Source: a virus
Lineage: Duplodnaviria > Caudoviricetes
Length of the DNA stretch: 64,000 nt
Virus record (IMG/VR): IMGVR_UViG_3300027974_000031
Span: 1-64,000 of that record
Reading direction: 5' to 3' (one strand)
Position 1 is the stretch's first letter. Each line of letters opens with the position of its first letter. A model generated the notes under the pieces. It saw only the letters and a list, made by a program, of their open reading frames with translations. It searched no databases and was not told the origin of the DNA. Both the position numbers and the translations under genes were made by a program. Positions 29,458 through 39,528 of this stretch are shown here, piece after piece.

Positions 29458-30207
29458 ATGACTCCTAAATTTAACTTATACGTAGAAAACCTATTAAGAG
29501 ATGTTTTAATCGAAAGTGTTTCATTTTTTGTTGATAGTGAAAGCACTCCGAATCATGTGTATGAAGTAGCATCTCGTATTCTCTATTCACCAGAATTGAG
29601 TAAATTTTTTAATGGTTTAATTAAGAGAAAAAAAATATCTCAAGAAGAATATAAATATTTTTTAGATAATAAAAGTTTCAATTTCATAACACTTGATGGT
29701 TATGCTACTGATGAAAAAAAAGGAAATATTAATTTATATACAAGAGCAGTTCCTTCTCAAATTATTGCTGATTTAGTTTCTTTTATAAAATATTACATAG
29801 TTGAATTTAATGCAGAATTAACAGGAGAACCTTATCAAGAAAAATCAAAATCAAGAGATTCAGATGTTATTCGATTTCCAATAAAAATGAAAGAGGAAGT
29901 TGAGAATCCTCCTGAATTAAATCTTGCAAATGCAACTGCCCGTGCATTAATCATTGATATATTAAATTATCCTGATGAAACATTAGAAACTTATGAATCG
30001 CTTAATGCAAGAGAATTATTGATGAGAATAGAAACTATTGAAGATAATGATTATATCTTAGATAAAGGCGTAAGACCAGAAGATATAAATGGTAATAAAA
30101 TTGATATTGGATTGAGTAAAGAAAGAATAAAAACACTACTAGATGCTCTTAAAAATTTAACAGAGTATGCTATTCAAAATCACTATACATACATCAATTT
30201 ATCATAA
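29458..30207 (+). CDS. hypothetical protein with CTS-like leader
   Basis: MTPKFNLYVENLLRDVLIE; TATAAGTA-N5-ATG. Confidence 0.7.
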   Translation: MTPKFNLYVENLLRDVLIESVSFFVDSESTPNHVYEVASRILYSPELSKFFNGLIKRKKISQEEYKYFLDNKSFNFITLDGYATDEKKGNINLYTRAVPSQIIADLVSFIKYYIVEFNAELTGEPYQEKSKSRDSDVIRFPIKMKEEVENPPELNLANATARALIIDILNYPDETLETYESLNARELLMRIETIEDNDYILDKGVRPEDINGNKIDIGLSKERIKTLLDALKNLTEYAIQNHYTYINLS

Positions 30208-30215
30208 ATACTTTT

Positions 30216-30707
30216 ATGAATTTTAAAAAATTTTATAAATTAATAATAGAATCTGTTGAAGATGAAATAATTTCTCAAAAAGGAGAATATCATTTAAGCA
30301 GTGGTACAAATTCCATGTTTTTCGGAAACGCTGGTGCAGGTGTATTAATATATTGTACACAAACAAAACGTTTTCTTTTAGGATTACGATCAAGACTTGT
30401 TAATGAACCTGGAACATGGGGAACTTTTGGTGGTAAAATAGATAATGATGCTGATCCTAAATCTGCTGCACGTCGTGAATTAGAAGAAGAAACAGGTTAT
30501 GACGGAAACATTGATTTACAACTATTTGACATTTTTCAAAGCGGAAATTTTAAATTTTATAATTTTTTAGGAAAAGTAGAAGAAGAATTTAAACCAAGAT
30601 TAGATTGGGAAAACTCAGATGCACAATGGTTTTCTCTAGACGAGTTTCCAAGAAATTTACACTTTGGTACAAAAAGATTATTAGAAAAATTAAAAGAAAT
30701 TATATGA
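30216..30707 (+). CDS. Nudix hydrolase with CTS-like leader
   Basis: Nudix box GGKIDNDADPKSAARRELEEETG; MNFKKFYKLIIE. Confidence 0.92.
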   Translation: MNFKKFYKLIIESVEDEIISQKGEYHLSSGTNSMFFGNAGAGVLIYCTQTKRFLLGLRSRLVNEPGTWGTFGGKIDNDADPKSAARRELEEETGYDGNIDLQLFDIFQSGNFKFYNFLGKVEEEFKPRLDWENSDAQWFSLDEFPRNLHFGTKRLLEKLKEII

Positions 30708-31411
30708 ACTTAAGCTTTAAAAAATTTTTCTTATTAAAAGAAGATCCTGACACTGCAAATTTTCGCATAAGAAGTAATAATTATTATGCAAATTATGCAG
30801 AACAAGAATATAATCCAATTACATTTAATGTATATAATAAAAATTTTTTAGTTTATTCATATACTAAATTTAATTATCATAATTCTATTAGTAGAAAACT
30901 TATTGGTAGAATATTTGATCCCGTTTCGTATTACGAAACCCATCGACCATATTCTGAATATATTAATTTTAAAGAAAATTTTTTAAAAAATGATTTTTAT
31001 TCTTCTTATTTTTCTTTTGTTAAGAATGAAACAATAAACAGAATAAAAAAAGACTTAGAAGAAGAAAATATATTTTTTATAGGAGATTTAAACAGATCTA
31101 TTATACGTTCATTAGAAAAAATTCATACAGTTGAAAAATTTACAGATTCTACATTTTTTACTGTCCGACCAGAAAATACACCAGACTTTATTCTTGGTAG
31201 AATGTTTTCAATGCCTATAAAAGAATTTCAAGACGAAACTAATGAATCTCTTATTCCATGTTTTTCCACATGGAACAGATTAAAAGATTTAACCTCAGAA
31301 GCGGCAGAAATGATGTTAAAGTTACCACCAATTTATGATCTAGATCCAAATAAATCTATTATTGAAAATCGAGGTCTTGAATCAAAAATGCTACGTTCTT
31401 TTATTAAATAA
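30704..31411 (+). CDS. hypothetical protein with CTS-like leader
   Basis: Likely start 30704 (ATGA overlap with the Nudix stop): MNLSFKKFFLLKE. Confidence 0.7.
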   Translation: MNLSFKKFFLLKEDPDTANFRIRSNNYYANYAEQEYNPITFNVYNKNFLVYSYTKFNYHNSISRKLIGRIFDPVSYYETHRPYSEYINFKENFLKNDFYSSYFSFVKNETINRIKKDLEEENIFFIGDLNRSIIRSLEKIHTVEKFTDSTFFTVRPENTPDFILGRMFSMPIKEFQDETNESLIPCFSTWNRLKDLTSEAAEMMLKLPPIYDLDPNKSIIENRGLESKMLRSFIK

Positions 31412-31417
31412 AGTTAT

Positions 31418-32317
31418 ATGAATTTTAAACAGTTTTATAAATTATACCTTGAGAGTTTAAGTGATTGGAGTGGAGAATGGGTTCACTACACAAACATTCC
31501 ATATCTTTCGTTTAATCCAAAAGCAAAGCACTCTGATCCAACAGGTATTTATTTTTTTCCAAAAGAATTTAATCCTCCTAGTTCATATAGTTCTAAAAAG
31601 TATAAATTTTCTGCTAAATTAAAGCCTGATGCAAAAGTATTAGATTTTTCTAAAATAACAAGAGAAGAAATGACTCGTTTAGCAGATTTAGCAGGAATTG
31701 AAAGATTTGTTGAAATAGATGACTTGTATTATTCTATTAGAAATGTTTTTAATATGACTAAGAAAACGAATAAAAAACCCGGTTCATTTAATCGCTTTTT
31801 TGTTAATGCTGGATATGATGCTATTTTTGATGACATAGATGTTGTTTATGGAAAAAATGAAAAACAACTTATTGTATTAAATCAAAAGTGTTTAGATGAT
31901 GTGGACATGATTATAAACACATATCCAATATACGACGAAATGGTTTTCTCATCCGAAGAGATTATTAAAAGATTAACTCCTTACTCTGATAGTGTAGAAA
32001 GTTCTAAAATAAAAAAAGAAAAAGAAGATGAAATTATAAATGATAAACAAAAATTAGTTCCTACTTATGCTCTTAAAAAATATATGACTTTTAGAAAAGG
32101 TGAAAATTATGTTACGATTTTAGCAAAAAATAATAACAATAGTAAAAAAACTAATGAAATTAGTTTTTCAATTATTTCAGATAATAATAATAATAATACA
32201 GATATTGATAGTGGTGCCAGTTACAATTACTCTAAAAGACAATGGAATTTTAATTCTATTTCAAAAATCGTTAAAGATGCTGTTTCTATTCTTACAGGAG
32301 AAGACGACAGAATATAA
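31418..32317 (+). CDS. putative ADP-ribosyltransferase-fold protein with CTS-like leader
   Basis: MNFKQFYKLYLE; WVHYT...PTGIYFFP...AGYDAIFD...EKQLIVLN. Confidence 0.6.
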   Translation: MNFKQFYKLYLESLSDWSGEWVHYTNIPYLSFNPKAKHSDPTGIYFFPKEFNPPSSYSSKKYKFSAKLKPDAKVLDFSKITREEMTRLADLAGIERFVEIDDLYYSIRNVFNMTKKTNKKPGSFNRFFVNAGYDAIFDDIDVVYGKNEKQLIVLNQKCLDDVDMIINTYPIYDEMVFSSEEIIKRLTPYSDSVESSKIKKEKEDEIINDKQKLVPTYALKKYMTFRKGENYVTILAKNNNNSKKTNEISFSIISDNNNNNTDIDSGASYNYSKRQWNFNSISKIVKDAVSILTGEDDRI

Positions 32318-32325
32318 GTAAGTTT

Positions 32326-35028
32326 ATGACATTTAAAGAAGTTTATAGCATTTTATTAGAAAAAGATTTCAGAAGCAAGATATTAGCTCTTGGAATGCCT
32401 CAAGATGTGGCAGATTACCTACACGGAATGAATGACAAATATTCATTTTGGTTTGCAGATCAAATAAACAAAATGCCTGAATATCAAGCAGCAAGAAATA
32501 AAGAAATGTTTGTTCATTCTTTACAAACTGAAATGCAAGGCATTCTTGATTGGATAAGAGGAGGTGTTCAAAACCTTTCACTAAAAGATTATGACTGGAA
32601 CACTGCAATAGCATCTGCTGATGAATATCATAAAAAATTAACAGTAACAAATTCTGAAAGAGAAACCAACACTATATTAAAAGAATATCCTAATGGTTTT
32701 TATTGGGTAGATTTAGAAAGTCAGTTAGATTCTTGTGAAGCTAGTGCAATGGGACACTGTGGAAGAACAAGCAAAGGTGATACACTTTATTCATTAAGAA
32801 AGTATAATATTATAGAAGATAACATTGAAAGTTCTATAACAATAGCAGTTTCACCTGATAAAGGAATTTGGTTTCAATGTAAGGGAAGAAATAATTCAAA
32901 GCCTAAAAAAGAATATTACTCTTACATTGCAGATATACTTGTTTCTAAAAATATATTAACATTTAAAACAGAACACGATTCTAAGAATGATTTTAAATCA
33001 AAAGATTTGATAGAGTATATAGAAGAAAATCCAAACGTTTTTCCAAACAAAGACGAACTTCTTGAAAAGATTAATGAAGACTCTATATCTGAAAGAGATT
33101 TTGAAAAAATATTAGATAGTTATAAAGAAGATTTTTCTATTTATAGTATTAATAATTTTTATGATAGTGTTGACGATAACAGTAATAATATTTATTTTCA
33201 TTATGATTTTCGTTTAACAATTAATAAAAGCGAAACAAACCTTCCTATAGATTGCTTAACCTTAAATTATAATAGTAAAGGTATAAAAGCATTAAATGAC
33301 TCTTTAGATGTTTACATAATTGATGTAAGTGTTGAAGGTGATGAAGACAAAGTAACTATAAGTGGCATCATTGAAGATACTGATAGTTTATTTAGTTTAG
33401 ATGAAATTGGTTTGCGTAGTTTTGAACGTCAATGTGAATATTACAAAGAGTTAAATGAAAAATTTGATAAAGAAGAATTTTTAAAAGAAAAATTAGAAAA
33501 AATACTTTATCTTGATGATTGTATAGAAATAAAACGCGATTCTTTTGAAAAAGATGTAAAAAAAGAATTAGGAAATTTTTATGAGTCAAATGTTAATGAA
33601 AAAACTTTAAATTTAACAGTTCATATTAAAACTCCTAACGATTTGTTTAAAACTCCTGTAATAGAAAAATTTTCTTATAATTCTATATTAAATCATGCTG
33701 ATAGTACTGTACCTACTGAAAAAGATTTTTTAGAATCTTTAGAATCTTTAGAAAATTATAAAGATGGTGTAACAAGATATGCGGATCTTTTAGCAATTAC
33801 TCTTTTTTGGCAAAGTGTTAAAAGAGATATATTAGTAGATTTTTCAAAACATATGAAAATAGGAATAAATATGATGTATGATGTTTTATCATTTCCAATT
33901 TCATTTAATTATGAATATGAAGATAGTGATGAAATTGATTATGAATATGAGTTTCGCTGCCTTGACATTTTAGAAAATAAATCAAAAGAAATTCAAAGAA
34001 GTTTACTTTCTTTTTATAATTCAGTTTTTGTTAAAATATTAAACAACAAAGAAGAACTAAATTTTAATGAAGAAAATTTAATATTTGAACCTTCAGTAAA
34101 CGATTGGGTTCATGTTACAATTAAAAAACCGTATGTTTATTTAGGAATTTTACCAAAAGACCAATTAACAACAACTGCTATTAAAAACCTAGCAGATAGT
34201 AAAGGTTTAACAGGAGAATACGAGGCTTTAGATGTTTCACAGTTAAAGAAATGGTTATATGATAATATGGGAAGTACGCCTATATTTCCTGGGTTTAGAG
34301 ATTTTTTTGAAAGCCGAAACCGAAAATCTTCTATTTTATTTAAAGAAGGTTTAATAAAAACATATCCTTTAGATTTAACAGTTAAAAAAATGAATGAAAA
34401 ATGGGAGGATTTTTTAATACAAAATTTTGAAATTGAAAAAAACTATTTTGTAGGAACTATTATAAAAACAAATAGATTTGACTTAGAAAAACTTAAAAAA
34501 GATGCTGAGTTTTTTGGTTATTTTTTAGGCAAAATTCATAAAAACCATACCCAATGGACAGTTACTTTTGCACCAAAATTTGCTGAAAAAGATGAACAGT
34601 CAATAAACAGTGTTTTATATCACTTTTGTCCAAACTCTGTTTTAAATAAAATAAAAAAGATTGGAATAACACCAAGAATAAGTACAAAAAAAGATTGGCC
34701 ACATCCAGGTGATCGTTCCTACTTATTAAAAATAAATTTAAATAATATAACTCTTTTCTCTATAGAAAGAATAAATTCTTTACTTGATTCTATTGCACGC
34801 GCATCAGATTCTACTTTAGCAAATTATTCTATTATAAAAATAAAAAATGATAATGACTTAATAAAATCGTTAAGAATTGATCCTTCTTTACCAGGAAATA
34901 GAGATTCAAAAGCGTATGGTGTTTATACAAATAAAAATATACCACCATCTCTTTTTGATAAAATTATGAGTATAGAGGAATTCCAAATATCTCTTTTTGA
35001 TGAAATTATGAGTGCTAATGAAGGATAA
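32326..35028 (+). CDS. large multidomain protein with CTS-like leader; C-terminal ART/KptA-like domain
   Basis: MTFKEVYSILLE; EASAMGHCG..LYSLR..QCKGRNNSKP N-domain; internal GFRDFFES; C-terminal LYH....IKKIGITPR..DP..YTNKNIPP. Confidence 0.65.
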   Translation: MTFKEVYSILLEKDFRSKILALGMPQDVADYLHGMNDKYSFWFADQINKMPEYQAARNKEMFVHSLQTEMQGILDWIRGGVQNLSLKDYDWNTAIASADEYHKKLTVTNSERETNTILKEYPNGFYWVDLESQLDSCEASAMGHCGRTSKGDTLYSLRKYNIIEDNIESSITIAVSPDKGIWFQCKGRNNSKPKKEYYSYIADILVSKNILTFKTEHDSKNDFKSKDLIEYIEENPNVFPNKDELLEKINEDSISERDFEKILDSYKEDFSIYSINNFYDSVDDNSNNIYFHYDFRLTINKSETNLPIDCLTLNYNSKGIKALNDSLDVYIIDVSVEGDEDKVTISGIIEDTDSLFSLDEIGLRSFERQCEYYKELNEKFDKEEFLKEKLEKILYLDDCIEIKRDSFEKDVKKELGNFYESNVNEKTLNLTVHIKTPNDLFKTPVIEKFSYNSILNHADSTVPTEKDFLESLESLENYKDGVTRYADLLAITLFWQSVKRDILVDFSKHMKIGINMMYDVLSFPISFNYEYEDSDEIDYEYEFRCLDILENKSKEIQRSLLSFYNSVFVKILNNKEELNFNEENLIFEPSVNDWVHVTIKKPYVYLGILPKDQLTTTAIKNLADSKGLTGEYEALDVSQLKKWLYDNMGSTPIFPGFRDFFESRNRKSSILFKEGLIKTYPLDLTVKKMNEKWEDFLIQNFEIEKNYFVGTIIKTNRFDLEKLKKDAEFFGYFLGKIHKNHTQWTVTFAPKFAEKDEQSINSVLYHFCPNSVLNKIKKIGITPRISTKKDWPHPGDRSYLLKINLNNITLFSIERINSLLDSIARASDSTLANYSIIKIKNDNDLIKSLRIDPSLPGNRDSKAYGVYTNKNIPPSLFDKIMSIEEFQISLFDEIMSANEG

Positions 35029-35036
35029 ATACTTTT

Positions 35037-36149
35037 ATGAACTTTAAAGAATATTTTAGATTATATACAGAAGGCGCATCATCAATATTATTTCATCATA
35101 CATATATTAGAAATTTAATCAAAATATTAGATACAAATAAATTTAAATTAACATTTTCTTTATCAGGAAAGCCAGATCGTGCAAACTTAAAAGATCATGC
35201 ATTTTATATGAGTTTTTCACGTATTCGTTGGAGTGGATATAATCACGATTCAGGTGTTGGTTCTGTTATAATTCAAGTAGATGGTTCTAAACTTAATCAA
35301 AGATACAAAGTTGAACCGATTGATTATTGGAAATATGGTTTTGAAACTAAACTTAAAAGTGCAATTGCTGATGAACAAGAAGACCGATTAATGTATAATA
35401 AATCTTCAATCTCTGCAAGTCCTTATATTCAAAATATATCTATATTAATAAATGAAGAATTACTACCATATGCTTCTTATATATCTGGTAAGTGCGAAGA
35501 ATTAAATATTCCGTGTTATGTTTATAATGACTTTCGTGCATTTAAACTTGGAGACAAAAGAAAAATTATTTCTATAGACCAATCTATAGAACTTCCAATT
35601 GAAGAAGAATATCCACTTTCAGAATATAGATTGAAAAGTTTACGTGGTATTAAAAAGATTATTACTAATCCATATTTGGAAAACGACGAAGATTTAGAAA
35701 AAGTTTATAAAATGCTTAGTTATTCTGATTGGAAACATTCATTAAGTACAGATTTTCACAATATAAAAAATGATTTAAATCCAGAAGTTCGTGAAATTCT
35801 TGAATGGGTAGCACGTATGGAAAAAAGAAAAGGCAAAACAATTTTTGAATTAGTTAAAGATGCTGGTGATAAAAGATTTAAAAGAGACAGAATAAACATG
35901 GATATACAATCGTTAAGTGGATTAATTCAGTTTATAAAAGAAGGTTCTGCACCAGGATGGGCTTCTCTAAAAAGAGAATATATCTCATCTTACATTCGCA
36001 GTTCCGAATTTTCTGATGTAGAAAAAGTTTTAAAAAAAGCAAATGAACTTTCAAAGAGTGCTCTTTCTAATGATGATTCTTCTTGGTATAAGATAGCAGA
36101 TTTATTAGAAAATGCTGTAGAGATGTTAAAAGAGAAATTACCAAAGTAA
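35037..36149 (+). CDS. putative ART-fold (H-S-E) protein with CTS-like leader
   Basis: MNFKEYFRLYTE; LFHHT...YMSFSR...EQEDR. Confidence 0.55.
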   Translation: MNFKEYFRLYTEGASSILFHHTYIRNLIKILDTNKFKLTFSLSGKPDRANLKDHAFYMSFSRIRWSGYNHDSGVGSVIIQVDGSKLNQRYKVEPIDYWKYGFETKLKSAIADEQEDRLMYNKSSISASPYIQNISILINEELLPYASYISGKCEELNIPCYVYNDFRAFKLGDKRKIISIDQSIELPIEEEYPLSEYRLKSLRGIKKIITNPYLENDEDLEKVYKMLSYSDWKHSLSTDFHNIKNDLNPEVREILEWVARMEKRKGKTIFELVKDAGDKRFKRDRINMDIQSLSGLIQFIKEGSAPGWASLKREYISSYIRSSEFSDVEKVLKKANELSKSALSNDDSSWYKIADLLENAVEMLKEKLPK

Positions 36150-36454
36150 TTATATGATTTATTTTTTATTATAATTTGTTTTTGTTTTTGTTTTCTTTTC
36201 GCCAGCACTCTAATATACACAAAAAGAAAACACTCTGCAACTATTAATTAAACAAAATCTTAAAAAATAAAAAAGCCCTACGGATATACATTTTCCTGTT
36301 TTTCTAGTAAAAAAAATTTTTGAAAAGCCCTTTCTTAAAAACATAGAAAGAAAAAAAGAATTCCCACAGATAAAGGAAACATAAATGACTTTTATAAAAA
36401 ATAAAATTTAGACGGATGTCGGATTATTCGGAAAGAGTCTCGCATTTGCGCCGT

Positions 36455-36475
36455 CCCTAGGTATTTTACCTAGGG
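36455..36475. repeat. short palindrome/hairpin
   Basis: CCCTAGGTA-TTT-TACCTAGGG. Confidence 0.8.
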
Positions 36476-36592
36476 CGCTTTCTTAGTCAATTTTCTACGA
36501 CTCTGCTTTTCTTAGGGGATTTTCTTACAGATTTTTTTTAAAATCTATTAGGATTTTCTTTTAGACTTCTTAGAGATTACTCTTACAGTTCT

Positions 36593-36653
36593 TTAGGCAA
36601 AGAGTGTAGGAGTGTTTAGATCTTTTCTATACTATCCTACACTCTTTGCCTAA
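36593..36653. repeat. perfect 19-bp inverted repeat
   Basis: TTAGGCAAAGAGTGTAGGA (36593-36611) / TCCTACACTCTTTGCCTAA (36635-36653). Confidence 0.9.
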
Positions 36654-36755
36654 CACTCTCTACCTATCACAGTGTAGTAATCTACTCTAGTCTAGAGCAA
36701 GCAAAAGGCGTAACCAATTATCTCTAATTGATTACGCCCTGCTTAATCTATCTAA

Positions 36756-36971
36756 CTAGATCACCTTCCACTCTCCGCTATTATGTAGGCGGAGAGTTAC
36801 CTTTGCACCGTTAGTAAAGGTAACGAAAGCAATGCCTTCGTTCCCATACTTAACACTAGCTAATCCATCTAGAATTCCTTCCAGGGTTGTCATGGGGTTC
36901 AAGAAGAACCCATGAGGGAGAAGAATCTTAAATGAGTTAGTCAGCACTCTCTGTAGCAATTCAGGTAGCAT
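36756..36971 (-). CDS. small hypothetical early protein
   Basis: 71-aa ORF followed by a hairpin at about 36706-36740. Confidence 0.55.
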   Translation of the reverse strand: MLPELLQRVLTNSFKILLPHGFFLNPMTTLEGILDGLASVKYGNEGIAFVTFTNGAKVTLRLHNSGEWKVI

Positions 36972-37024
36972 AAATAAAAAAAGAATAAAAAAAGAAAAGA
37001 AAAAAGGATTATAAAAAAACTAAC

Positions 37025-37061
37025 TCATCCCCGCTATCTTTTTAAGAGATAGCGGGGATGA
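37025..37061 (-). terminator. intrinsic terminator
   Basis: TCATCCCCGCTATCT...AGATAGCGGGGATGA hairpin just downstream of the DUF932 gene, followed by a T-run on the minus strand. Confidence 0.75.
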
Positions 37062-37073
37062 TAAGGAAAAGAA

Positions 37074-38162
37074 TTACGATGCCATCATCATAGATTCTTT
37101 GTCGCGGAAAAGCTTTTCTCCGCGCTCCAAACTGTCAGAGAATGATTCCTCATTCATCATAAGACTTAGGAACTGTTCCTTGTGCTCGGCAGCGGCTCCG
37201 AATGTAGCCGTTGACCAGCGTTTAGCTTTAGTGGCCTTTTCACCACCAGCACCGTTGCCAGAAGTGAAATACTCGGTGAACCCGTTGAAGAGATCAGCGC
37301 GAGTTTTACCACTGTTTCCTTTTCCACTAACAGACAGGTCACGAATCTCAATCGCACGGTTATACGTGCGAGTTGAAATCTCATCAGCCTCAGGACCATT
37401 AAGGAACGCTGCTGACAAGTAAGCCGCTTGTGATGGGGACTCCATCGGAAGCGTTTCTAGATAGGACATTGCATCCATAATCTTTTGCCTACCGTTCACT
37501 ACGGTGTTTAAGTAAGTAGCCAGATTATCAATCTGGATACCTGCGTTCTTTGTGTGAGAAACGCGCACTGTTACCGCACCACCTTCATAAGCTGCGCACC
37601 ACCCGAAGGTATTCGCGCAGACTACTCGCTGCATCCAATCTTTTGCCACTAGATTAAGTGAACCATCGTGAGATGTGAGGAAGTTTAACACTGCCTCGAA
37701 TTTATCTCCTTTAGCCGTCCTCAACTCATTGCCTTCCAGTTCCACAGAAACGTAGAACTTTTTGCAGTTATCGAGTGAACCAGCGGTGACAATCTTGCAC
37801 CCTAGCCCCTCAATGCTTTTCTTCACGCATTCCCAAACTTCCCTATTCGAGATAACTCGATAAGAGTCCTTTGGCGTGTGAAGTGGCGTAAACCGCCTAA
37901 GCCCTACTGGCAAATCCTCGCGTTCCCGTAGGTCTGCGAGAACCGTCTTGAACCCTTCAACCCTGATCGTTTCCATGACTGGAGCACCAGAGCTGTCGTA
38001 CACTCCTGTTTCGATTGACACACTTGGCTCTCCCTCGATAAAGGGGAAGAGTAAGGGCTTCATGGTTTCATCGTTGATTGATTCAACAACGTTAGCCAAT
38101 CCGTGCCATTCTTTTCCATAGACGGAAAAGGTGACGTCAATGTCTTCGATTTGATGGCTCAT
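37074..38162 (-). CDS. DUF932 (phage/plasmid-like, TIGR03299-type) protein
   Basis: MSHQIE...WHGL, YRVISN, TAGSL, LTSHDGS, RVVCANT, HT, LFNGFTEY motifs; markedly GC-richer than the late region. Confidence 0.85.
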   Translation of the reverse strand: MSHQIEDIDVTFSVYGKEWHGLANVVESINDETMKPLLFPFIEGEPSVSIETGVYDSSGAPVMETIRVEGFKTVLADLREREDLPVGLRRFTPLHTPKDSYRVISNREVWECVKKSIEGLGCKIVTAGSLDNCKKFYVSVELEGNELRTAKGDKFEAVLNFLTSHDGSLNLVAKDWMQRVVCANTFGWCAAYEGGAVTVRVSHTKNAGIQIDNLATYLNTVVNGRQKIMDAMSYLETLPMESPSQAAYLSAAFLNGPEADEISTRTYNRAIEIRDLSVSGKGNSGKTRADLFNGFTEYFTSGNGAGGEKATKAKRWSTATFGAAAEHKEQFLSLMMNEESFSDSLERGEKLFRDKESMMMAS

Positions 38163-38410
38163 ATACTTCTATTCTATTTTATTTGTTTTGTTGCACTCTT
38201 CCCTTTTAAACAGGCTTAGAACTGTCGCAAAATGCGGCAAGGTTGGTGCAAAGGATTTCAAAGAACTGTGGCTGTAGTGCCCTTCCCGCGTTTTGTAGGA
38301 AGACTGTTTTCATTTAGCACCGCTTGGCGCTTCGTGAAGACAACGGAACTCTAATCAGATTTATTCCATTGTAAACTCTTTTTTTCTTTTTTCTTTTTTC
38401 GCTCATTTTA

Positions 38411-38440
38411 GCTCTGGATGGCTCTGGATGGCTCTGGAAC
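38411..38440. repeat. 10-bp tandem repeat between divergent promoters
   Basis: GCTCTGGATG GCTCTGGATG GCTCTGGAAC. Confidence 0.85.
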
Positions 38441-38467
38441 GGAATGCTTCTCGTGCTGAAATACATC

Positions 38468-38495
38468 TTGCGTAAACCTAACGATGGGTTATTCT
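38468..38495 (+). promoter_or_regulatory. sigma70-type promoter (leaderless)
   Basis: TTGCGT-N16-TATTCT-N6-ATG(38502). Confidence 0.6.
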
Positions 38496-38501
38496 CTGCT
38501 C

Positions 38502-38828
38502 ATGAAAGCAATTACGTTTTCCAAAACTGGTGCTGCCCTCGGCAGCGTGTCATCCGAATCCGAATCCTTTTCCAAGGATGTCCCAATCTCGCCAGCCGTC
38601 GCTGCCGCGCTGGCAGCAGCCAAAGGGGTCATCACCCTTCGACAAGGTGGACATGAACTGGGCGCTGCCCTCCTCACTCAAGGGTGGGGATACAGCGGAG
38701 GCCCAGGCATCGCCGCCGTGCTCGTCATCGGCGATGATGAGCAGGAGCACCTGGCATCAGTTGCTAGGGCCGTTAAAGATGCGCGGCAGCGCGGAAGATT
38801 CAACCGCACAATCGCGACCGTGGGATAA
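38502..38828 (+). CDS. GC-rich hypothetical protein (108 aa)
   Basis: MKAITFSKTG...; own promoter and terminator; GC-ending codons, roughly 60% GC by eye. Confidence 0.7.
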   Translation: MKAITFSKTGAALGSVSSESESFSKDVPISPAVAAALAAAKGVITLRQGGHELGAALLTQGWGYSGGPGIAAVLVIGDDEQEHLASVARAVKDARQRGRFNRTIATVG

Positions 38829-38853
38829 CCACGGCGAACAAAGCATCGCAGCC

Positions 38854-38898
38854 AACCCCGCCGCGCTCGACACGGAGCGCGGCGGGGTTTTCTTTTTT
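38854..38898 (+). terminator. intrinsic terminator
   Basis: AACCCCGCCGCGCTC-GACACG-GAGCGCGGCGGGGTT followed by TTCTTTTTT. Confidence 0.9.
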
Positions 38899-39492
38899 AT
38901 TTAGATTTAAATTGACTACCTCCTGCTATAGTGTAATATCAGTCACAGGTAGTGAGTCTCGACTGCCTCCGGTGATAAGGAACACAATCAGGACGAACAG
39001 GATGTCAAATTCCGAGGGTAGGGGACCAGCACCTGAACACAAACTAGGGGTTTTTCTTAGTATTTTTTCCTAAGTTTCTTAGGCATTTTTTCCTAAGTTT
39101 TTTAATCAATTTTCTTAAGTTTTTTAGTATTTTTTCTTAAAATCGTTTCTTAAGCGATTGGTTGGAGGTGGGGAATATGGTGGGAGATTTTCTTAAGCGA
39201 TCCGATTGCTTTTATTAGGAAGTTTTCTTAAAATCTTTTTTATAGGTTCACTTAGAATTTTCTGGCTACTAGGGAATTTCCGTAGTTCAGTGGAGTTTTT
39301 CTGATTAGAATTTACTTTTAATCTATTTTATATTTTTATATTTTTATAAACAGATTTATTAGATTTATTTTTAATCTGACTTATACTTTTGTGACTTATT
39401 TAATCTATTTCAACCTGATTAAATAGGTCATTTTAGTATAGGTTTTACCAGATAAAGAAGAGGCGGTGAGCGACATGAGAATTTCATAAGGT

Positions 39493-39520
39493 ATAATAAG
39501 CTATAATAGAAGATTGTCAA
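39493..39520 (-). promoter_or_regulatory. sigma70-type promoter directly downstream of phased T-tracts
   Basis: Minus strand TTGACA-N16-TATTAT. Confidence 0.55.
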
Positions 39521-39528
39521 AGGAATAT

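Noticed and set aside
38444-38904. Overlapping ORFs 38444, 38489, 38530 and 38550
   Set aside because: Shadow frames of a GC-rich gene; only 38502..38828 fits the promoter and terminator
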